A DNA stretch of 64,000 nucleotides from Candidatus Obscuribacterales bacterium (GTDB lineage: Bacteria > Cyanobacteriota > Vampirovibrionia > Obscuribacterales > Obscuribacteraceae), in NCBI GenBank assembly GCA_965228855.1, contig CBDDIJ010000002.1, positions 1,792,001-1,856,000 on the forward strand. Reading direction: 5' to 3'. A program made the translations under genes and the position numbers. Under the pieces are notes generated by a model that ran no database searches, was not told the origin of the DNA, and saw only the letters and a program-made list of their open reading frames with translations. Shown here one piece after another: positions 58,015 to 64,000 of the stretch; the first letter of the stretch is position 1, and the number at the start of each line of letters is the position of its first letter.

Positions 58015-58854
58015 TTAGTTGATTTGAACGCCGAGATCGTTGGTCAGCAGAACTTCGATTTCTTGACCAGGTCCGAGGCTGACGTTGTCGCCTTGAGAGA
58101 ACAGTGCAATTGCGGAACTGCCGATTGCTGTCGCGATAACTGGCGCGCCAAGAGTGGCGATGTTCGCCGCGACCAGTGCGCCCTTCGTGCTGCCGTCCGG
58201 ATTTACGCCCGCAACTGCTTTGACGTTGCCTTCCACTCTGGTACCAAAGCTGGTGCCCGGGTCGAGTTCACCTTTCTTGTTGGACAAACCTTTTTTGAAT
58301 TCAACCGATGCGTCGAGTGGTATCACTTCGCCTGATGGCGTTACGATTTGCTCGAGTTTTAAACCGATTTTTGCAGCACGGCTGAGCAGGCGGGGTTTCA
58401 CAACCTGAGCGACGCGCCCTCGGACGAAACTTCCGCGAGGTAGAAGCAAAGTCATACCCACGTACAAGTCATCTTTGACGTGCGCTTCGAAGAGATCTCC
58501 AGGTTGGCTGGCTTTGGCGTCTACGGCAGTTTCAAGCACAAGTCGTAAGCGGGTCTCGACGGGAAGCGTCGTTGACGCCAGGTCTGCTTTGAGTGCGGTG
58601 CCGCTTCCGCCACCGCTACCGGTATCAATACCTGCGCTGCCTGGTTGCGCATCACCGCCTCTGGCTGCGAAGTCCGGAATGTTTTTCGGAGCCATTGTCT
58701 GCGCCGGTTTCAAACCGTCAATGCCCACTGCTGGTGAGTATCTAGGCTGGCGAGAGTCGGCGTGCTTATACTTTGTCGCGGCATCCGCGCACGGTGCAAG
58801 CATGAACGTTAGAGCAAGCGCGGCTGCAAGAGACCTTTGACTCGCTGACTTCAT
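58015..58854 (-). CDS. Secreted hypothetical protein (VirB10/TrbI-like beta domain)
   Basis: Signal peptide; LP..T.L...L, GD.F.A, LP.GS...G.V. Confidence 0.6.
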   Translation of the reverse strand: MKSASQRSLAAALALTFMLAPCADAATKYKHADSRQPRYSPAVGIDGLKPAQTMAPKNIPDFAARGGDAQPGSAGIDTGSGGGSGTALKADLASTTLPVETRLRLVLETAVDAKASQPGDLFEAHVKDDLYVGMTLLLPRGSFVRGRVAQVVKPRLLSRAAKIGLKLEQIVTPSGEVIPLDASVEFKKGLSNKKGELDPGTSFGTRVEGNVKAVAGVNPDGSTKGALVAANIATLGAPVIATAIGSSAIALFSQGDNVSLGPGQEIEVLLTNDLGVQIN

Positions 58855-59010
58855 TATTTCTCCTTACCTTCCATAGAAACGTGTTTTTTATTCCGTGGCG
58901 TTACTGTTTTGACCTTCCGGTATCTTTATTTCGTGCCGTCTGCGTTGACCATGTCCGGTTTCGGTTCGGGCTTCCCGTTGTACGGAGCAGATGTTGTCGA
59001 CAACTGCGTT

Positions 59011-59790
59011 TTAAACGCCAGTTACAACCGATACGACGTGGGGCGCCGCCAAAAGTGCCTCCACCTTGGCAATGTCTTCGGGCACGTCCACGCCGGGGGA
59101 GGCGTGATTGTTGATGACGACCTTAATGCGGATGCCGTTTTCCAGTGCGCGCAACTGCTCTAGTTTCTCAGTCATCTCGAGCGGCGTCGGCTCAAGTTTC
59201 GCGATGCGCTGAAGGGTTTCTTTCTTGTAGACGTAAAGTCCGGCATGACCGAGGCGCTGCACATGCGGTTGTTCGCCGGGGTCGCGTTCGAATGGAATTG
59301 GGTAGCGCGAGAAGTAGAGCGCGAAACCGTTTCTATCCAGCACGACTTTCACCAGCTGCGGGCTGCGCCATTTCTCTTCATCGTTGATTGCGTAAGCGAT
59401 TGTCGACATTTCGACATTGCCGTCTTCCAGCAGAGGTCTGATGGCCGCATCGATGGCGAGCGGTGATATCAGAGGCTCGTCGCCTTGAACGTTGCAGATT
59501 ATTTTGATGTCCGGCAGATTGCTAGCCACTTCTGCCAGCCGGTCCGTACCTGTGCTGTGGTCGGAGGCGGTCATGCAAATCTCGCCACCGAAGCCTCTGA
59601 CAGCGTTTGCGATGCGGTCGTCGTCAGTTGCCACGATCACGCGGTCGGCGAGAGTCGCTTGTTTTGCCTGTTCCCACACACGCTGAATCATGAGTTTTCC
59701 GCCGATAAGCGTGAGCGGTTTTCCCGGAAAGCGTGTTGACGCGTAGCGAGCAGGGATTACGATGGCGACGCCGGTTCTTGAAGCAGACAT
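59011..59790 (-). CDS. kdsB: 3-deoxy-manno-octulosonate cytidylyltransferase
   Basis: IPARYASTRFPGKPL, NVQGDEP, EKLEQLRALE. Confidence 0.97.
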   Translation of the reverse strand: MSASRTGVAIVIPARYASTRFPGKPLTLIGGKLMIQRVWEQAKQATLADRVIVATDDDRIANAVRGFGGEICMTASDHSTGTDRLAEVASNLPDIKIICNVQGDEPLISPLAIDAAIRPLLEDGNVEMSTIAYAINDEEKWRSPQLVKVVLDRNGFALYFSRYPIPFERDPGEQPHVQRLGHAGLYVYKKETLQRIAKLEPTPLEMTEKLEQLRALENGIRIKVVINNHASPGVDVPEDIAKVEALLAAPHVVSVVTGV

Positions 59791-60096
59791 TAAACACCTG
59801 AGCCAATCGGAGATAAGGTCCTAATTATCCAGGATTTTTTGCGATTCTACGTTTACTCGGCTTCAGGTTTCGAGACAGGGTAATCGCTGACGGGCGGTAG
59901 TATTGGCTTTGTTGTCAGTAGAAAGTTCGACTGGGTGGGCGATTGCGGAAAAATTCGCTATTCGGCTGGCTGTTTCAGTTTTCCGCCCAGGCTTGCACAA
60001 AAATGAAAAATGGGTAATAACAAATAGATGGACCTTCGTAAAATTTGCCTTTTGTGATGTAGCAAGGATGCATTAGAGACCCAGAGAGGTAATCCT

Positions 60097-60630
60097 GTGA
60101 GCTGTGACTGTTGCGCGAGAGAAAAGTTACCAGAGCAATTACTACAAAAGCTGTCCGACGTAGAGCAAGAGTTGAACAACACCGCCAAGCGTATTGTGAA
60201 GGCGGCGAGCGATCCGTTTTCCGGAGTAATCAGGTTCCTCGAAGACCGTCCCGAGAATTCTTCGTTGCACGGCTATTTCGTCGACCGTGCATTGATTGAA
60301 ACCTTCGGCAGCCGCGAGCAAGTGCCCGGGCTGATTCGCGCTCTGGCATCACACGTGCGCGAGGTGATTCGTCAGTCCAACGTCATCAGCATTGTCAATG
60401 AACATCCTACAGCGGAGCGCTGGGGACAATATGTCATAAAACAGAAAGAGCAGATGCGTTTCGAGATCGGCATGGATAAAGGTTTCCTCGTCCTGAAAAA
60501 CATCAAGGGTTTGTTCGGTATCGAACATGGTGTAGAATTGCCGCTCGAGTGTATTACTGTGAAACCGCCCAAGCTGGTTGTCACAGCAAACATGGGTCTA
60601 CTCAAGCCGCAGAAGATCTTCGATATTTAA
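60097..60630 (+). CDS. Hypothetical protein
   Basis: GAGG RBS before GTG; 177-aa ORF. Confidence 0.6.
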   Translation: MSCDCCAREKLPEQLLQKLSDVEQELNNTAKRIVKAASDPFSGVIRFLEDRPENSSLHGYFVDRALIETFGSREQVPGLIRALASHVREVIRQSNVISIVNEHPTAERWGQYVIKQKEQMRFEIGMDKGFLVLKNIKGLFGIEHGVELPLECITVKPPKLVVTANMGLLKPQKIFDI

Positions 60631-60706
60631 CTCCGTCGATATTTCTGCAAGTGAGTGATTCACGGAATTGATACGCGGAAAACTGACTCGATAGAAACGA
60701 GAATTT

Positions 60707-61456
60707 ATGACTGATTTCACCGCACAGGTTTACGCGCATCGCGGCGGTCGGGCTTGGGCGCCTGAAAACACGATGACCGCCTTTCGTAAAAGTCTCGAAG
60801 CGGGTGTCGATGGAATCGAGCTCGACGTCCAGCGCTGCGCGACCGGTGAGCTGGTTGTATTCCACGACCACACGCTAGACCGCACCACCAATGGTGTCGG
60901 GTATGTAAAGGACTGCACGCTTGACGAGTTGAAACGGTTGAGCGCCGGTCTCTGGTATCACAAAGATTTCCGCGAAGAAAAAGTTCCGACCCTCTCGGAG
61001 GTTCTCGCACTCGTCGACGGACAGGTAATGCTCAATGTTGAGATTAAAAACACGCCGGTCGATTATCCCGGCATCGACGACGAAGTTCTGGAACTATTGA
61101 GCGACTACCCGCATCCGGACAAGATTGTAATCAGCTCGTTCGATAATCGCCTGACGAAGGTGATGCGAAAGAAACAGCCGGAGTGGAATTATGCGATTTT
61201 GATGGATGGTATACCGGATGACATCGGCGGCATGGCAGCCGCAATCGGGGCTACGTACTGGCACCCGAATCACGAATCGATTCTTGCCGACGCTTGTGAC
61301 GAGGCGAAAGCGGCGGGTTTGAAGATAAATGTTTGGACGTCCAACGACGATCGCGATTGGGCCAGATTGCTCAAGATGGGCGTGGATGGCATCATTACGG
61401 ACGATCCAGTCGGCTTGATAAAATTCTTGGATTTGGTTGCCAAGGTGCGCGCCTGA
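60707..61456 (+). CDS. Glycerophosphodiester phosphodiesterase
   Basis: AHRGG...PENT, ELDV, HD, NVEIK, IITD. Confidence 0.93.
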   Translation: MTDFTAQVYAHRGGRAWAPENTMTAFRKSLEAGVDGIELDVQRCATGELVVFHDHTLDRTTNGVGYVKDCTLDELKRLSAGLWYHKDFREEKVPTLSEVLALVDGQVMLNVEIKNTPVDYPGIDDEVLELLSDYPHPDKIVISSFDNRLTKVMRKKQPEWNYAILMDGIPDDIGGMAAAIGATYWHPNHESILADACDEAKAAGLKINVWTSNDDRDWARLLKMGVDGIITDDPVGLIKFLDLVAKVRA

Positions 61457-61569
61457 CCGCTCTTTTCGAGGAACAAAGTATAAGCGACGGCCAATGACCG
61501 TTCGCCTGAATTGCCGCGCTGAACAGTTTCACTTCTGGCAAAGTTCGGTTTTAAGAAACGGAAAGATTA

Positions 61570-62688
61570 ATGGACTGGACGCTCTCATCTATCAACTGGC
61601 CGCTGGACGCAATCGACAAAACGATTGCAACATACGCTGTTTTTCTCGGCGTATACATTTTGTTTTCGGCGCTGGTTCTCGTGCGGCTCCGCAAGCGGCT
61701 GTGGAGCTACCTGGTACTGTGGACGATTTATCCGCTTGCCTGCATGTGGCTCGCATTCTTCCTCGGTCGTGGAATTTTCGACGCGCTCAATTTGATGGCG
61801 ATGGCGGTTTTCATCGGCGGCACGGGGCTGCTCGCAACGTGCGCTGCATTCGCCTGGCCGACCTACAAAAAGTTTGCGACCGTGTTCGCCGTCTTCTCTT
61901 TGACCCTAGCCGTCATCGGCATTGACGCCTTCATTGTTGAGCCCGCCTGGCTCGAAGTGCGGCACGAGAAAGTTGTTTCCGCTAAGGTGCATAAACCAAT
62001 CCGCCTGGTAGTTATCTCTGATTTGCAAACCGATCACGTCGGCAGCTTCGAGCGCAAAGTGTTTCAAAAAACAATGGAAGCGAAACCGGATATGGTGCTC
62101 CTTCCAGGGGATTATATTCAGGCTTATTCCGCTCAGTATCGCGATCAGGTTACTAAACTGCGCGCAATTTTGAAGGAATTGAAAGTGTCGGCTCCGCTTG
62201 GGGTCTACGCAACGCAAGGTGATTCGGAGCGAAACGGTTGGCCGGAAATTTTCAAAGACTTGCCGATTTATCCTTTCCACGAGAGTGATACGCTTGTTGC
62301 CGGCAAAAACGGCCCACCTGAAGATGAAGTCGTCGTGACCGGTTTGACTCTCAAGGACTCGTGGCGTTTGCGCTATCAAATTCCGCACACCGACAAATTC
62401 CACATCGTTGTTGCGCACAGACCAGACTTTATGTTGGGCGCCGGCGAAGGCGATTTGTTCGTCGCTGGTCATACCCACGGCGGTCAGGTTCAACTACCGA
62501 TCTATGGACCGCTACTCACATTTTCGGAAGCGCCGCGTGAGTGGTGCGGCGGCTGCTGCGTTACTCGCGATGATGGCAAAACGTTCATGATTACTCGTGG
62601 CGTTGGCATGGAGCGCGAACGGGCTCCGCGACTTCGCTTTTTCTGTCATCCTGAAATTGTAGTTATCGACGTCGTTCCTGAGTCGTAA
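61570..62688 (+). CDS. Membrane-anchored metallophosphoesterase
   Basis: 4 TM segments; SDL, PGD, H.PD, GHTHGGQ. Confidence 0.85.
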   Translation: MDWTLSSINWPLDAIDKTIATYAVFLGVYILFSALVLVRLRKRLWSYLVLWTIYPLACMWLAFFLGRGIFDALNLMAMAVFIGGTGLLATCAAFAWPTYKKFATVFAVFSLTLAVIGIDAFIVEPAWLEVRHEKVVSAKVHKPIRLVVISDLQTDHVGSFERKVFQKTMEAKPDMVLLPGDYIQAYSAQYRDQVTKLRAILKELKVSAPLGVYATQGDSERNGWPEIFKDLPIYPFHESDTLVAGKNGPPEDEVVVTGLTLKDSWRLRYQIPHTDKFHIVVAHRPDFMLGAGEGDLFVAGHTHGGQVQLPIYGPLLTFSEAPREWCGGCCVTRDDGKTFMITRGVGMERERAPRLRFFCHPEIVVIDVVPES

Positions 62689-62748
62689 ACGACTGATGGG
62701 CAAGCGGCAAACATGGTGGCTGGGCGTAAGCGAATACAGCGAGGCGAA

Positions 62749-64000
62749 TTGTTGAAACGCGCATCTAAAAGACGAATTCAGAGAGTTGTTTCGATGACCC
62801 TTATCGCTTCCTTTGCGGCTCTTGGGCTGGTCATGCCTCAGGTGTCCGCGCAGGGAAACAGTTATGACACGGGTGTGCAACTATACAAAGCCGGCAAATA
62901 TGGAGCGGCTGCCAACAAGCTTTTGGAGGCGGTGAAGTTTCCCGGCAAAGAGGGCGCGGCGTATTATTATCTTGGCTGCTGTTATTACAAACTCAATCGA
63001 CCTGCTGAAGCTCGCGCAATTTACCGTCAGGTGGTAAACAACTATCCGTCGGTTCGAGAAGCTGGTCTGGCGGCGCAGATGCTGCAGCGTCTCGATCCGA
63101 CCTATCAACCACCGCCTGGAATAGGTGGTGCTACCAGCGGTGCTCCGGCTTCGTCAGCAACGTCTGCGAACATGGCCTCGTCTAAACCGGCAACCGCCGG
63201 TGGTGGCAAGGGATTTCCTGGCGAGGATTTCGATTCGTTGCCTAACGAGGCTCGCATTCCATTTACCATAGCCGGCAACGGACACATGCAGGTCACCGTC
63301 TATCTCGACAATCGGCCTATTACCGCATGGTTCGATACTGGTGCTAATGCGCACTTCGGCAAAAATCATCTGGAAGCTGCCGGCATTCAGCTCCCACGTG
63401 GTGATGCAAATACGATGACGAGCGGTTGGGCCGGCAACGGCGTTCCTGCCTGGCGCCAGCAGAGAAAGATCAAAATGGGCAATTTGACTCGATTTGCTCC
63501 TGTTACTGTTGAGGAGCATATGGACTTAGCACCGCTCGTCGGGCAGGAATTTATTCAAGGGTACCAGTGCGAAGTCGACAATAGCTCGCACTACATAATC
63601 CTTCGTAAAATGGGGGCATTCAAAGCTAGCGGTCAACAAGTAAGCGACCTGTACGACGTCCCTTGTGTGCGCCGCAACATGCGTGACTATGTTCCAATGA
63701 GTATTAACGGCAAAAAGCTGGAAGTGTTAGTGGACACCGGCGCCGCGTTTTCAATATTCAATGAAGAGGATTTGAAATCAATCGGCGTCCGTGTTCCCGA
63801 TGATGCACCGACGGGCATGGCAAGCGGCGTTGGCGGCGGTTTTGTCGTGAAACATATAAACGCTGATATTCGCCTCGGACCGATTTGGAAAAATGGATAT
63901 CAAATAACCGTAGGTGGCAGCTCCGGAAGTGCTGTCGGTCAAGATATTCTAAACACACAGCGCTTCACGATCGATCGCGAACAAAATCTCATGCGGTTTT
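62749..64000 (+). CDS. TPR plus tandem retropepsin-like aspartyl protease, 3'-partial
   Basis: Frame +1 open to the window end; signal peptide, TPR, two DTGA motifs (AWFDTGA, VLVDTGA); start uncertain. Confidence 0.8.
   Translation, partial: MLKRASKRRIQRVVSMTLIASFAALGLVMPQVSAQGNSYDTGVQLYKAGKYGAAANKLLEAVKFPGKEGAAYYYLGCCYYKLNRPAEARAIYRQVVNNYPSVREAGLAAQMLQRLDPTYQPPPGIGGATSGAPASSATSANMASSKPATAGGGKGFPGEDFDSLPNEARIPFTIAGNGHMQVTVYLDNRPITAWFDTGANAHFGKNHLEAAGIQLPRGDANTMTSGWAGNGVPAWRQQRKIKMGNLTRFAPVTVEEHMDLAPLVGQEFIQGYQCEVDNSSHYIILRKMGAFKASGQQVSDLYDVPCVRRNMRDYVPMSINGKKLEVLVDTGAAFSIFNEEDLKSIGVRVPDDAPTGMASGVGGGFVVKHINADIRLGPIWKNGYQITVGGSSGSAVGQDILNTQRFTIDREQNLMRF

Noticed and set aside
58015..58854. T4SS VirB10 serving the element
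   Set aside because: Lies outside att among housekeeping genes with no other virB genes; resemblance limited to a generic beta domain.

Overview
Bacterial chromosomal window in three parts; gene style suggests Cyanobacteriota/Melainabacteria, but that is an unverified impression. (1) 1-22.2 kb is a decaying accessory region. It holds a STAND-NTPase defence-like gene, a transposase stub, two large FHA-like beta-helix exoproteins plus a pseudogenised third start, three paralogous small secreted proteins, peptidase-tipped polymorphic-toxin candidates with cognate and orphan immunity-like genes, a tRNA-Leu 3' fragment and an ssb relic. (2) 22215-53767 is a 31.5-kb integrative mobilisable element in initiator tRNA-Met, bounded by a perfect 50-bp direct repeat. 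It carries a tyrosine integrase and a type I R-M locus preceded by a DUF4258-like gene and a degenerate HsdM-HsdS fusion. It also has three excisionase-like HTH genes, a J-domain protein, ssb/gp88/radC preceded by long hairpins, AbiE TA, oriT/RHH/relaxase/T4CP with no mating-pore genes, and a four-gene nuclease-rich cassette. (3) 53.8-64 kb is core genome (dtd, TPR, cpdA-like, kdsB, GDPD, metallophosphoesterase, TPR-aspartyl protease). All family calls come from reading motifs by eye; no searches were run.
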